Shown: one piece after another, positions 9,585 through 19,208 of the stretch
Layout of the letters: each line of letters begins with the position of its first letter
Numbering within the stretch: position 1 is the stretch's first letter
From: Vitreimonas sp.
GTDB taxonomy: Bacteria > Patescibacteriota > Microgenomatia > UBA1400 > PJMF01
NCBI GenBank assembly: GCA_035627515.1
Contig: DASPLQ010000012.1
Location: 778,331-842,330 of the forward strand
DNA: 64,000 nt
Reading direction: 5' to 3'
The notes under the pieces: model-generated
Told to the model about the DNA's origin: nothing
What the model saw: the letters and a program-made list of their open reading frames with translations, nothing else
The model's database searches: none
Made by a program: the position numbers and the translations under genes

Positions 9585-11354
9585 ATGCCAGATATTCATC
9601 ACTTCAAAAACCAACGCTTTGTAATCAAGATTGGTGGCGAATCGGGCCAAGGCGTAAACTCTATTGGTGAAGTTTTTGCCAAGGTTTTTAAGCGGAGTGG
9701 GTGGCACGTGTTTGGTTACCGTGAGTATCCCTCACTCATTAAAGGTGGTTACTCATGTTATCAGCTCGATGTGCAAGATCAGCCCCTCCGCAGTTCTTCC
9801 AGTCACTGTGACGTGTTAGTGTGTTTAAGCCGAGTCTCGCTCCATAAGTATCTGCCCACAGTCCGTCCCAATGGCATTGTGTTACATTCTTTGCCTCGCT
9901 TTGAGGTTTCAACAGAAGAGCAAACATACCTTGATCAGCATCACATAACCCTTCAGTATGTGCCGGCTGATAAGATTGCGATCGATAATGGTGGTAAACA
10001 CATTATGGCTAACACCGTTATGACTGGGATTGTTTCTCAGTTACTAGGTGTCGATTTAGAGCTGATTCGTTCACAAATTCGTGAAGAATTTTCTAAAAAA
10101 CCTCAATTACTTGATTTAAATATTCTTTGTTTAGAAAAGGGGTATGAATATGATTTGGAAATGTTACCGCGCGTATCTTTAGAGTTTGGCGTCACCGAGT
10201 CTGTCAGGGAGCAATTGTTGTTAACTGGCAATCATGCTATTGCCTTGGGAGCAGTCGCGGGTGGAGTGCGTGCTTATTATGCCTATCCCATGACTCCTTC
10301 CAGCTCCATTCTGAGTTATTTAGCTAATATTTATCACCAAACAGGGATGATGGTGAAACAAATTGAAGATGAAATTTCCGTAGCCCAGATGGCGATTGGT
10401 AGTATGTTTATGGGCACCCGAGCCTTAGTAGCCACATCGGGAGGTGGATATGACTTAATGACCGAATCGGTGTCGATGGCGGGCATTACCGAAATTCCTT
10501 TTGTGTGTGTTTTAGGTCAGCGGCCGGGGCCAGCAACAGGGTTGCCGACGTGGACGGCTGATGGTGATTTGAATTTAGCTATTTATGGAGGTCATGGTGA
10601 GTATGCTAAAGCGGTGTTAGCTGCCAGCGATCCGCAATCCTGTTATGACTTAGTCCAACGCGCGCTTAATTTGGCAGAAGTTTATCAAATACCGGTAATT
10701 GTGCTCACAGATAAAGAAATTGCTGAATCTTTATTTGCCATTGATGGCTTCCCGGCACCGTTACCAATTGAACGCAACTTAGTGGCTCAAGAGGAGTTAG
10801 CACATTTGACGCCTCATGATCGGTATGCTGATACGCCGAGCGGCGTTTCTAAACGCTGGTTGCCTGGTCAGGCTGAGGTCACTTATGACTCAAATAGCGA
10901 TGAACATCTAGCAGATGGTTCATTGACCGAAGAAGCTGCTCCCGTCAAAGTTATGTATGACAAACGAATGCGAAAAATGGCCACCATACTTGAAAATTTT
11001 CCTGAGCCAGTTATGTACGGAGATGATGATGCGGAGCTGACATTTGTAGGTTGGGGGAGTGTCAAAAATACTGTTTTGGATGTGATTGATATTCTTAAAG
11101 CCAGTAATCCAGCGTTGCGTTTAGGCTACCTTCACTACGAGTATATGTATCCACTCAAAACGGCTACTTTTAAGAAATTGACCCAGTCCCGCACTAAATT
11201 AGTCTTGATTGAAAATAACTACTTAGGTCAATTGGGTGCACTCTTAACTCAGGAAACTGGTTATCTTTTCCAATATAAACTGTTGAAATATGATGGTCGG
11301 CCGTTTTTCATTGAGGATGTCTTGAACTTTATTAGTCAGGAGGTAGCTCAATAA
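9585..11354 (+). CDS. korA: 2-oxoacid:acceptor oxidoreductase alpha subunit (fused gamma-alpha)
   Basis: 'IGGESGQGV', 'YPSLIKGG', 'YPMTPSS', 'EDEI', 'QRPGPATGLPT'; ATG at 9585. Confidence 0.9.
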   Translation: MPDIHHFKNQRFVIKIGGESGQGVNSIGEVFAKVFKRSGWHVFGYREYPSLIKGGYSCYQLDVQDQPLRSSSSHCDVLVCLSRVSLHKYLPTVRPNGIVLHSLPRFEVSTEEQTYLDQHHITLQYVPADKIAIDNGGKHIMANTVMTGIVSQLLGVDLELIRSQIREEFSKKPQLLDLNILCLEKGYEYDLEMLPRVSLEFGVTESVREQLLLTGNHAIALGAVAGGVRAYYAYPMTPSSSILSYLANIYHQTGMMVKQIEDEISVAQMAIGSMFMGTRALVATSGGGYDLMTESVSMAGITEIPFVCVLGQRPGPATGLPTWTADGDLNLAIYGGHGEYAKAVLAASDPQSCYDLVQRALNLAEVYQIPVIVLTDKEIAESLFAIDGFPAPLPIERNLVAQEELAHLTPHDRYADTPSGVSKRWLPGQAEVTYDSNSDEHLADGSLTEEAAPVKVMYDKRMRKMATILENFPEPVMYGDDDAELTFVGWGSVKNTVLDVIDILKASNPALRLGYLHYEYMYPLKTATFKKLTQSRTKLVLIENNYLGQLGALLTQETGYLFQYKLLKYDGRPFFIEDVLNFISQEVAQ

Positions 11355-11355
11355 T

Positions 11356-12240
11356 ATGTCATGCAACACTTGTACTACCACTTTCCATGATTTTTTCTCG
11401 GATAATTTGTACACCTGGTGCACAAACTGCGGCAACTACGGTATTCACGCAGCTATGAAGCGGGCTTTGGTGGCGGAAAATATTCCTCCTCATCAGGTGG
11501 TGCTGTGTTTTGATATTGGTTGTAATGGTAATGGCTCAGATAAAATTGGTGGTTATCGTGTACATGGTTTGCATGGTCGAGCTATCCCCTTAGCTTGTGG
11601 AGCCTCCAATGCCAACAGTAAAGTCAAAGTCATTGGTTTTGGGGGTGACGGCGGTACTTTGGGTGAAGGTATCAACCATTTGGTGCATGCCATTCGCGGT
11701 AACTATAATGTTACTTTTGTGCTCCACAATAATTTGAATTATGGACTGACACAAGGCCAAGCCTCATCAACCACTAAACCTGGCATGAAAATGAACTCTG
11801 CTCCCGATGGAATTACTTCTGATCCCTTACATCCCATGAATTTTGTGTTGAGTTTAAACGCTAGCTTTGCCGCTCGGACTTTTTCGGGTGATGTCCATCA
11901 CATGACGAAAACATTCCAAGCTGCGGTTGCCCACCAAGGTTTTGCCTTTGTAGAGGTTCTTCAAAGTTGTCCCACCTACAATAAAGCTACTCCTCACGAA
12001 TGGTATCAGGAACGAGTCTATGATGTGGCCAATCGACCTGATTATGACTCTAGTTCTTTAGCTCAAGCATTGGCAGTTTGCCAAGACATTGAAGAGCACT
12101 TGGCGTTGGGAGTTCTGTACCAAGACAAAACGCGCAAGCCTTTTATGCAGCGCCAAGCCAATCGTTTAGAGATTACCACTGAGCTCGTCGACGAAGTCGC
12201 ACCCCGGTCAGTTGATGATTTAGTAGGGAGTTTTAGATAA
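11356..12240 (+). CDS. korB: 2-oxoacid:acceptor oxidoreductase beta subunit (TPP-binding)
   Basis: 'WCTNCGNY', 'IGC', 'HGLHGRA', 'GGDG...N..YGLT.GQ.S', 'CPTYN'. Confidence 0.9.
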   Translation: MSCNTCTTTFHDFFSDNLYTWCTNCGNYGIHAAMKRALVAENIPPHQVVLCFDIGCNGNGSDKIGGYRVHGLHGRAIPLACGASNANSKVKVIGFGGDGGTLGEGINHLVHAIRGNYNVTFVLHNNLNYGLTQGQASSTTKPGMKMNSAPDGITSDPLHPMNFVLSLNASFAARTFSGDVHHMTKTFQAAVAHQGFAFVEVLQSCPTYNKATPHEWYQERVYDVANRPDYDSSSLAQALAVCQDIEEHLALGVLYQDKTRKPFMQRQANRLEITTELVDEVAPRSVDDLVGSFR

Positions 12241-12242
12241 CT

Positions 12243-12476
12243 ATGTCTAAAAACTCCTCCAAACAAAATCTCGAACCTGCTCATCGTGTTTATCGCTCCC
12301 GTCGTGATTTATTTATTGATAATTTGGTAGGGGGGGTAGCATGGGGATTTGGCAGTGTGATGGGCGCCACTGTGATTGTGGCCATTATTTTACTGATTTT
12401 GGCTCAAGTTCAGACTCTACCTTTTGTGGGCAACGTCGTCCGCATTGTGATCGAAGAAGTTCGCAAATATCAATAG
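12243..12476 (+). CDS. Small membrane protein (DUF5665-like)
   Basis: 'NL.GG.A.G.GSV.GAT.IVA' pattern with one TM. Confidence 0.65.
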   Translation: MSKNSSKQNLEPAHRVYRSRRDLFIDNLVGGVAWGFGSVMGATVIVAIILLILAQVQTLPFVGNVVRIVIEEVRKYQ

Positions 12477-12549
12477 TTTTTCTCCATTTCTCATCTATTT
12501 ATAACTGAGTTCTATTATTTTTGTTGATATTTCCATCTAAGATACTCCT

Positions 12550-13878
12550 ATGTCTAAAGTGGATGTAGTTATTGTGGGTAGTGGTTTAGCGGGTCTGAGT
12601 TGTGCTCGGGAGTTGTGTGATCGAGGTTTGAAGGTGGTAATACTAGAGCAGTGCCCAGTGGTAGGGGGACGCACTTCTTCCTGGAACGAAAGAGGTATGC
12701 ACGTAGAGTCTGGATTACATCGTTACTTAGGTTTTTATCGTGCGATGCCGGAATTGTTGAGTAACTGTGGATTGAGTCTGGACGAGGTCGTTATATGGGA
12801 GGATGAGATGGAGATTCGGACTCCTCAGCTGGAGCCAGCTGTCTTTGGCATGTCTCCTTTTTTTCGACCCTGGCAGACAGTGACGAGCTGGCTTGATAAT
12901 CGACACCTTCTGAGTACCCGTGATAAGGCTTCATTACTTCCCTTTTTTTTGATGGGTTTAAAAGAGTATTACACTCGCCCCGGATATCTTGATCAATTTT
13001 CTGTAGCTGAGTGGGCAGATCGGTATAGTGTCACTGCGGCTGCACTCCAGCGTTTATTAGTCCCCTTGACCGCCGGTATTTTTTTCTTGCCACCGGAGCA
13101 GTATTCGGCGCAAGTGTTGATGGGTATTGTGGCTCAGGCCTTGCCCACCGGTTACAAAACCAGAATCGGAGCTTTCAGCGGAGGGATGACAGAGGTGATG
13201 ACGGGACCTATTGCCGGGTGGTTAACAAAAAAAGGGGTGTCAGTAATTACTGATGCCCCTGTCACGCGCTTGTGTGGTAGCCGTGACAAAATCACTGGCG
13301 TAGAAGTGAATGGCAAAAAAATCTTAGCTGAGCAGGTCGTGGTGGCGACGGGGTTGGGGCCGGCGCAACGATTGTTAACACCTTTGTTTAAAAATCACTT
13401 GCGTTTCAAAAATCTTTTTGCGTTGCCGACGATGGCGGAAATTAATATTCAGCTTGAGCTCGATAGTCCGGCATTACCTGTTGATCGAACTACTTTTGGT
13501 CCAGGTACTAGTTTGGCCTGTATGGCTGAACAGAGCAGAACTACCTTTCGTAACTTGCCGGGGAGACTCTCAATTATTTTAAGTCCAGCAGAAAAATTTT
13601 ATACCTTAACTCCAGCTGCCATTTTTGATCATGTGGTGGCGGAAGCAAAAAAGCTCCACATTTTTATCAAAGAGCGAGTCACCAAGTATCGGGTGATTAA
13701 ACATCCTAAGGACTTTTACGCCATTTCCCCAGGCACTGATCATCTCCGGCCTTCACAACATACCTCGGTGCCAGGTTTAGTACTGGCGGGTGATTATACT
13801 CAACAGCCCTGGTACTGCACCATGGAAGGGGCAGTTATTTCTGGCAAAAAAGCAGCTCAGGTAATCCTGAGCTGCTGA
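12550..13878 (+). CDS. FAD-dependent oxidoreductase, phytoene/zeta-carotene desaturase- or HpnE-like
   Basis: 'VGSGLAGL', 'GGR..SW', 'ESGLH..LG.Y', C-terminal 'LAGDYT.Q....TMEGAV.SG..AA'. Confidence 0.85.
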   Translation: MSKVDVVIVGSGLAGLSCARELCDRGLKVVILEQCPVVGGRTSSWNERGMHVESGLHRYLGFYRAMPELLSNCGLSLDEVVIWEDEMEIRTPQLEPAVFGMSPFFRPWQTVTSWLDNRHLLSTRDKASLLPFFLMGLKEYYTRPGYLDQFSVAEWADRYSVTAAALQRLLVPLTAGIFFLPPEQYSAQVLMGIVAQALPTGYKTRIGAFSGGMTEVMTGPIAGWLTKKGVSVITDAPVTRLCGSRDKITGVEVNGKKILAEQVVVATGLGPAQRLLTPLFKNHLRFKNLFALPTMAEINIQLELDSPALPVDRTTFGPGTSLACMAEQSRTTFRNLPGRLSIILSPAEKFYTLTPAAIFDHVVAEAKKLHIFIKERVTKYRVIKHPKDFYAISPGTDHLRPSQHTSVPGLVLAGDYTQQPWYCTMEGAVISGKKAAQVILSC

Positions 13879-13897
13879 TTATAAAAAGCCTACGTTC

Positions 13898-13984
13898 TTA
13901 ATTGATTAAGCTAGATGCTACCCAAATTAAGAATAAGAGTCCGGCGGGAACTCCGAGGGCCCAAGCTACGAGATATTTAGCCAT
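13898..13984 (-). CDS. 28-aa membrane peptide MAKYLVAWALGVPAGLLFLIWVASSLIN (absent from the ORF track)
   Basis: Shine-Dalgarno GAGGAG 5 nt upstream; single hydrophobic helix with 'W.LGVP'; co-oriented downstream of the GlsB-like gene. Confidence 0.7.
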   Translation of the reverse strand: MAKYLVAWALGVPAGLLFLIWVASSLIN

Positions 13985-14029
13985 ATTGTCTCCTCTCGTT
14001 ATAATTACTATTGGCGCTCGGATATTGTT

Positions 14030-14278
14030 TTACCGAGCAAGGACGCGACCGACCCAGATTAAGGCAATAGCACCTAAGGTGGCCACGAATAAGCTGTAAA
14101 GGTTAAAGCCAGAAACACCTGGTTCACCCATCATGTTCATCACAAAGCCACCGACAATAGCGCCAATTACGCCGAGGGCAATATCCCCCAAAGTGCCTTG
14201 TGTGTCATTAGTTCGCATCACAACTGAAGCTATGTAACCAGCCACTAAGCCGAGTGCGATAAAAAGTAAGATCCCCAT
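14030..14278 (-). CDS. GlsB/YeaQ/YmgE family stress-response membrane protein
   Basis: 'GLVAG.IA..VM', 'I.LGVIGA.VGG', 'GFNL.S..VA.LGA'; SD AAGGAG. Confidence 0.9.
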   Translation of the reverse strand: MGILLFIALGLVAGYIASVVMRTNDTQGTLGDIALGVIGAIVGGFVMNMMGEPGVSGFNLYSLFVATLGAIALIWVGRVLAR

Positions 14279-14353
14279 ACTGCTCCTTTCGTGAGTAAAT
14301 AGAGTACTTTAATTAATACTACTCGTAGTTTAGAGAGTAGCCTTCACAAGGGC

Positions 14354-14380
14354 TTAAGAGTGGCGTAAGAGAAGAGTAAG
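14354..14380 (-). promoter_or_regulatory. Three CTTA(C/A) direct repeats at 11-bp spacing, candidate OmpR-family operator
   Basis: + strand TTAAG 14354, GTAAG 14365, GTAAG 14376; -10-like TAAACT on the - strand at 14327-14332. Confidence 0.5.
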
Positions 14381-14404
14381 GGACACAATGACAGATTAAA
14401 GAGG

Positions 14405-15073
14405 TTAATCTTTAACCATGTAACCAAAGCCTCTGACTGAATGGATGAGAGGGTTTTTATAACCTTTATCAATTTTATTGCGCAAGTAACCTACGTAGAC
14501 ATCAACCACGCGGGTTTCGATATCAGCTGATGACCAGACCCGGCTCAAGATCATATCTCGTGTCAGCACTTTACCTTTATTAAGCAGTAAATACTCTAGC
14601 AGTTTGAACTCTAACGGTGTTAATTTAATTTCTTCACCGCCGCGGAGGACCTGGATCTTTTGAGTATCGAGGACTAAATCTTGGACACTTAATAAAGTAT
14701 CAGGTGAAGTAGCACTGCGTAAACGGGCTTTGACGCGGGCTAATAATTCTTCTAGTTCAAATGGTTTGGCGAGATAATCATCAGCGCCTAAGTTTAAAGT
14801 AGAGACAATATCCGCAGTGGTATGTTTAGCAGTCAGAACTAAAATTTGGGTATGAAGATTCATTTTCTTCACTTCTTTGCAGACAGATTCTCCGGATAAA
14901 TTAGGCAGACCTAAATCTAAAATCATTAAATCAGGAGCTTGCTGAGTGACCTTATTAATGGCCTGAATGCCATCTTCGGCTACTTCTACTTTATAGCCTT
15001 GGTCAATCATTATAGTGCGAAGATATTCTCTGACCTCTCGGTCATCTTCAACAATGAGTATCGAGTAATTCAT
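14405..15073 (-). CDS. OmpR/PhoB-family response regulator
   Basis: 'ILIVEDD', 'ILDLGLP', 'GADDYLAKPF', wHTH 'RVVDVYV.YLR.KI', 'SVRGFGY'. Confidence 0.95.
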   Translation of the reverse strand: MNYSILIVEDDREVREYLRTIMIDQGYKVEVAEDGIQAINKVTQQAPDLMILDLGLPNLSGESVCKEVKKMNLHTQILVLTAKHTTADIVSTLNLGADDYLAKPFELEELLARVKARLRSATSPDTLLSVQDLVLDTQKIQVLRGGEEIKLTPLEFKLLEYLLLNKGKVLTRDMILSRVWSSADIETRVVDVYVGYLRNKIDKGYKNPLIHSVRGFGYMVKD

Positions 15074-15118
15074 GTCGGTATTTTATCAACTTATTTACTA
15101 AAAGCAAAATTTGAGGTG

Positions 15119-15144
15119 CTTACGGCTTTCTTACCAACTCTTGC
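15119..15144 (+). promoter_or_regulatory. CTTAC direct repeats, candidate second operator for the adjacent regulator
   Basis: CTTAC 15119, CTTAC 15130, CTTGC 15140; -10-like TACAGT at 15167. Confidence 0.45.
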
Positions 15145-15204
15145 TACAGCTTTTATGCTGCCGCTCTACAGTACAGTCATCGACAATAAATAACAAGGAG
15201 CAAG

Positions 15205-15621
15205 ATGACTGCCCACAGCCAAACTACTACAGCACAAATTAATGACCATGAAGCGTTATATTCCCAGCACACTGTCATGACCAGTGGTGGCATTATGGGC
15301 AGCTTTATGGGGGTGATTTCTGGCCTTAATTATGTGCTCAGTAATCAAGGGGGGTTGGTTTTTACCTTTGCGATTGCGATAGCGCTGCTAGCCCTAGCAA
15401 TCTTTGGAGGTATGGTAGGTATGTTAGCTGCTAGTTTATTAAGTAGTTTCATTCTTTTAGCAGTGGTGGAGTCAGCAGCAGCGGACAACGTGAATCAGAC
15501 AGAAGCAGATAAAAACCCTGGTCAATTACGACAAAAACAGTTAGGAATAAAGCGGGGTATCTCACGCCTGAACTTAGACACCGAGCTGGGGGGTTTTGAT
15601 CATCGCCTCCAGTTTGGATAG
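15205..15621 (+). CDS. Hypothetical membrane protein
   Basis: SD AAGGAG; Gly-rich hydrophobic helices. Confidence 0.7.
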   Translation: MTAHSQTTTAQINDHEALYSQHTVMTSGGIMGSFMGVISGLNYVLSNQGGLVFTFAIAIALLALAIFGGMVGMLAASLLSSFILLAVVESAAADNVNQTEADKNPGQLRQKQLGIKRGISRLNLDTELGGFDHRLQFG

Positions 15622-15650
15622 TACCAATGAGTAGCAGAAATTGAAAGTAT

Positions 15651-15887
15651 ATGCCCTTTACAAAATTAACTGACTTACCAACACAGGTAAAAGACGTCTT
15701 GCCCAAACACGCGGAAGAAATCTTCCTAGCTGCTTTTAACAGTGCTTGGGAACAATATGATTTGCCGGAAGAACGGCAAGGCGACGACACACGCGAAGAA
15801 ACAGCCTTCAAAGTGGCCTGGGCAGCAGTTAAACGAAAGTATGAAAAAAATGAAGAGACAGGGATGTGGGTAAAGAAAGATGACTAA
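15651..15887 (+). CDS. chaB: ChaB family protein
   Basis: 'DLP..VK.VLP.HA.EIF..AFNSAWEQY...REE.A.KVAWAAVK.KYEK....W'. Confidence 0.92.
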   Translation: MPFTKLTDLPTQVKDVLPKHAEEIFLAAFNSAWEQYDLPEERQGDDTREETAFKVAWAAVKRKYEKNEETGMWVKKDD

Positions 15888-15914
15888 CGTTTTAGTTAGA
15901 CAAAAGGAAAGTAT

Positions 15915-16169
15915 ATGGCAACTTCAACATCTATCATCAGTGCCCCCACAGTGGCACCAGATACCACTCCACCTCAAAGACGTGACGAGGAGTGGGCAGG
16001 CGGTCACATGCCGAACCCTAATGGTGATGAAGTGGATCATTTATTAGAGGAAATGGATTTATATACCACTAAAAATGATGATGAAGCTCATGAGTTAAAT
16101 GTAGCTCAAGAAATTAATAATAATGAGCGCTCACGACATTTTGATATCGAAGAGGAAGATAGTATTTAA
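15915..16169 (+). CDS. Small acidic hypothetical protein
   Basis: SD AAAGGA; 84 aa, D/E-rich. Confidence 0.6.
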   Translation: MATSTSIISAPTVAPDTTPPQRRDEEWAGGHMPNPNGDEVDHLLEEMDLYTTKNDDEAHELNVAQEINNNERSRHFDIEEEDSI

Positions 16170-16189
16170 TATTTTAAGGAGCACCAACC

Positions 16190-16264
16190 ATGATTTTTTA
16201 TAGCGTTGATGAGTTACTCCTGACCATTGGTTTGGTAATGGTGATGTTAGTCACCTGGATGTAA
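16190..16264 (+). CDS. 24-aa hydrophobic peptide MIFYSVDELLLTIGLVMVMLVTWM (absent from the ORF track)
   Basis: SD AAGGAG 8 nt upstream; single TM-like helix. Confidence 0.45.
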   Translation: MIFYSVDELLLTIGLVMVMLVTWM

Positions 16265-16339
16265 CTCACAAATTCCATCTTAATTTCCCTTTTCAGTCCG
16301 CTACAATAAGCTGGTATTTATTTGGAGCGAAGACTCAGC

Positions 16340-17398
16340 ATGAAAGACCAGCTCAGCGCCATCCGATCACAGTTAGTGGCCTTTTTAGAACAGTATTTAT
16401 CCCAGATAGCTTCTCAGTTCCCGCACTTGGAACCAAGTATTTCTCAGGTTTCGCAACAGTTATTGACGTTCTCCACTAGTGGCAAGATGCTACGGGGCGC
16501 GATGACGGTGATGGTATATCAAATGCATGGGGGACAGTTACTTCCAGAAGCTATCAAAGCGGGAGCTGCCTTGGAGCTATTTCAATCCACGCTTCTTATT
16601 CACGACGATATTATGGATCAAGATCGGATGAGACGTGATCAATTATCTGTCTATGCACAATATGAAGAACAAGCACTTAAAAATAACTATCGCCAACCCG
16701 CTCACTTCGGGATCAGCATGGGCATTTGCGTAGGCGATATTGCTTTATTTATGGTCCAGGACATTTTGGCGAGTGTAAAGATAGGAGACGATATCTTGGC
16801 GCCAGTTTTTCGATTGTTAGCTAAGGAATCAATTGGCACCGGGCTTGCTCAAATGATGGATACTGAAAATGGTTTATCCACTCACATCCCTTCGGTAGAA
16901 GAAGTGCGAGCGGTCAATATCCATAAAACTGCCCGCTACACCTTTTGTTTGCCCTTTATGCTGGGAGCGACCTTGGCGGGTCAATCCACCCCGGTGGTCG
17001 ATAAATGGGCTCAGCTGGGAGAAACCCTGGGGCTGTTATTTCAAATTAAAGATGACGAACTGGGATTATTTGGTAAATCGGCCGAGATTGGTAAGCCAGC
17101 AGGTTCTGATATTAGAGAACACAAAAAGACCCTCTATTATGTCTACCTCATGGCAGCTGCTGAGCCAGCAGTGAAACAGAAATTAGTAAGTATTTTTGGT
17201 AATCCCAACCTAGATGAAGAAATGATTGAGTATGTGCGTGAGCAAGTTATGAAAGTGGGGGCTAAAGCCAAGGTGGATGCGGAGCTAACAGCCTTGGAAA
17301 GCCAAAGTTATGCTCACATTGATCAATTAGCCGTGGCAGATGAGTACAAAGCAGCTTTGCGCCAATTTGTGCAATTTAATTTATTGCGCAAGCGCTAA
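16340..17398 (+). CDS. Polyprenyl diphosphate (GGPP-type) synthase
   Basis: 'GKMLRG', 'LIHDDIMDQD.MRR', 'KTARYT', 'FQIKDD.LG.FG....GKP.GSDIRE.K'. Confidence 0.92.
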   Translation: MKDQLSAIRSQLVAFLEQYLSQIASQFPHLEPSISQVSQQLLTFSTSGKMLRGAMTVMVYQMHGGQLLPEAIKAGAALELFQSTLLIHDDIMDQDRMRRDQLSVYAQYEEQALKNNYRQPAHFGISMGICVGDIALFMVQDILASVKIGDDILAPVFRLLAKESIGTGLAQMMDTENGLSTHIPSVEEVRAVNIHKTARYTFCLPFMLGATLAGQSTPVVDKWAQLGETLGLLFQIKDDELGLFGKSAEIGKPAGSDIREHKKTLYYVYLMAAAEPAVKQKLVSIFGNPNLDEEMIEYVREQVMKVGAKAKVDAELTALESQSYAHIDQLAVADEYKAALRQFVQFNLLRKR

Positions 17399-18316
17399 GT
17401 GTGGACGTAAACTCGATAGAATATTCTCTTGCTGATCCTGCAATCTAAAGCCGATTAATACCAGTTTTGATGTGGAGTGAATATCCTGATCTTCCAAGGG
17501 GCTAATCTCGATCCGCGTACCGACTTTATTAATCAACATTACTTCTCCCGTATTTATCGACAGAATACCTTTGACTCTAAACACCGCTTTGGGCAGTGCC
17601 CCGAGGGCGGTCCTGAGACTGGTGAGGCTGGGGGGTTCAGCAACTGTAATAGTCAGAGTATCGATGTCCTCATGCTCATCGGCAGTATGAACGTGCTCAG
17701 GAGGGTGGGAGGTAATCTCAGCAGGATGAAGCCCAAATACCACCGCTGGCGAGATCTGACCGTGAGGTGCTTCTAGGATAGGGGAGCTGGCATTGAGTTC
17801 ACGAATGTAACCCACTACTGCGCGTTTACGGTCATCATCAACGAGCTCCACCTTGTTGAGCAAGATTAAATCTGTAAACTTAGCTTGCTGCTGGGCAGTG
17901 AAACTAATATCTTTATAACCCTCAAAATTTTCAACATCAATGATACTAATCACGCCATCACGAGTTAATCGAGCATGAGAAGAAACCATGAGAGCGATCG
18001 CTGAGGGCTCTGCTGCTCCTGAAGCTTCAATGATAATCCGATCAGGTTGGTGTTGGAGCATCAGCTCATCTATAGCTGAAATAAACGGGCCCACCAATGT
18101 ACAGCAAATACAGCCATTAAGTAACTCAGTGGTTTGGACGGTTTTATTTTGGGCTAACTGGCCATCAATATTCTCTGAGCCAATTTCGTTCTTGATGTAC
18201 ACCACTTGTTCCCCTCGTCTCTGTAGCTGATCAATTAATGACAGAATAATAGTAGTTTTCCCCGAGCCCAAAAAACCTGTCATAAGAGTAGTGGGGATTT
18301 TAGAAGGGTTTGGCAT
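17381..18316 (-). CDS. CobW/COG0523 family metallochaperone GTPase
   Basis: 'TGFLGSGKTT', 'NEIG', 'GCICC', 'IEASG', 'LNKV', 'RVKG'. Confidence 0.92.
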   Translation of the reverse strand: MPNPSKIPTTLMTGFLGSGKTTIILSLIDQLQRRGEQVVYIKNEIGSENIDGQLAQNKTVQTTELLNGCICCTLVGPFISAIDELMLQHQPDRIIIEASGAAEPSAIALMVSSHARLTRDGVISIIDVENFEGYKDISFTAQQQAKFTDLILLNKVELVDDDRKRAVVGYIRELNASSPILEAPHGQISPAVVFGLHPAEITSHPPEHVHTADEHEDIDTLTITVAEPPSLTSLRTALGALPKAVFRVKGILSINTGEVMLINKVGTRIEISPLEDQDIHSTSKLVLIGFRLQDQQENILSSLRPHLALAQ

Positions 18317-18330
18317 CGGTCTCTATGCTA

Positions 18331-19104
18331 TCAAATTCGCTTAACTTCAACAAAACGATTTTTATCAAAGTGGTCCTGATGATTAGTCCAGCTGAGATGG
18401 GATTTGGACTGAGAGAAAGCTTTATCGATGACTGACGGGGTGTGAGTATCATCGAGTTCCAGCCAGGCCACACCATAGGCAGATAAGTGTTGATCAAGAC
18501 CTTCAACAAGGGTAGTAATTAATTCAAGTCCCGTAGGGCCGCCATCAAGAGCTAACCACGGCTCAAACTCCTTCACACTGGGTTCTAAATCAGGCATACG
18601 CTGGTGGGGAATGTAGGGGAGGTTAGCGGTAATCATATCAAACTGAAGGGTGGCATCGATGTTTTGCCACAAGTTACTCTCAATATGTGTGGGCGATTGG
18701 TGGAGTAAGTGAGCAGCATTTTGATGGGCAACAGCTAAAGCGTCCGGACTGAGATCGCTTAAATATAATTGGTAAGGAAGCTGCCGTTGTTCCAGTTTCA
18801 CCCCTAAGCTAATGCCAATCGCACCTGAGCCGGTACCGATATCAATAATAGTAATTGCTTGCTGAGGAAACGAGTTACACCATTTTTCTGCAGCCGCTAA
18901 GGCCTTATGCACTAACTCTTCTGTTTCTACCCGAGGAATTAAGGTGGCCGGGGTGACCATAAATTCGAGTCCCGCAAACTCTACTTTTCCAGTAATGTAC
19001 TCAACTGGCATTTCGCCATACCGCTCAATCTGATCTGGATTTACCCCATGCTTGCGTAAATGATTATGCTCGTAGGGACTAAGCTGGCGGGAAGATGCAG
19101 ACAT
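18331..19104 (-). CDS. prmC: Release factor glutamine methyltransferase (HemK/PrmC) with short N-domain
   Basis: 'P..YI.G..EF', 'LIPR.ETE', 'DIGTGSGAI', 'ANLPYI', 'EP..ALDGG..GL'. Confidence 0.88.
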   Translation of the reverse strand: MSASSRQLSPYEHNHLRKHGVNPDQIERYGEMPVEYITGKVEFAGLEFMVTPATLIPRVETEELVHKALAAAEKWCNSFPQQAITIIDIGTGSGAIGISLGVKLEQRQLPYQLYLSDLSPDALAVAHQNAAHLLHQSPTHIESNLWQNIDATLQFDMITANLPYIPHQRMPDLEPSVKEFEPWLALDGGPTGLELITTLVEGLDQHLSAYGVAWLELDDTHTPSVIDKAFSQSKSHLSWTNHQDHFDKNRFVEVKRI

Positions 19105-19208
19105 AGTGATATTGTACGGTACTTGATCTCAATCTGGACTTGTTTTTTTGTAAGAAATGTATCACTATAGAGCCTCAGACTGTAGTTAGTAATTTTTTGA
19201 GGAGCATT

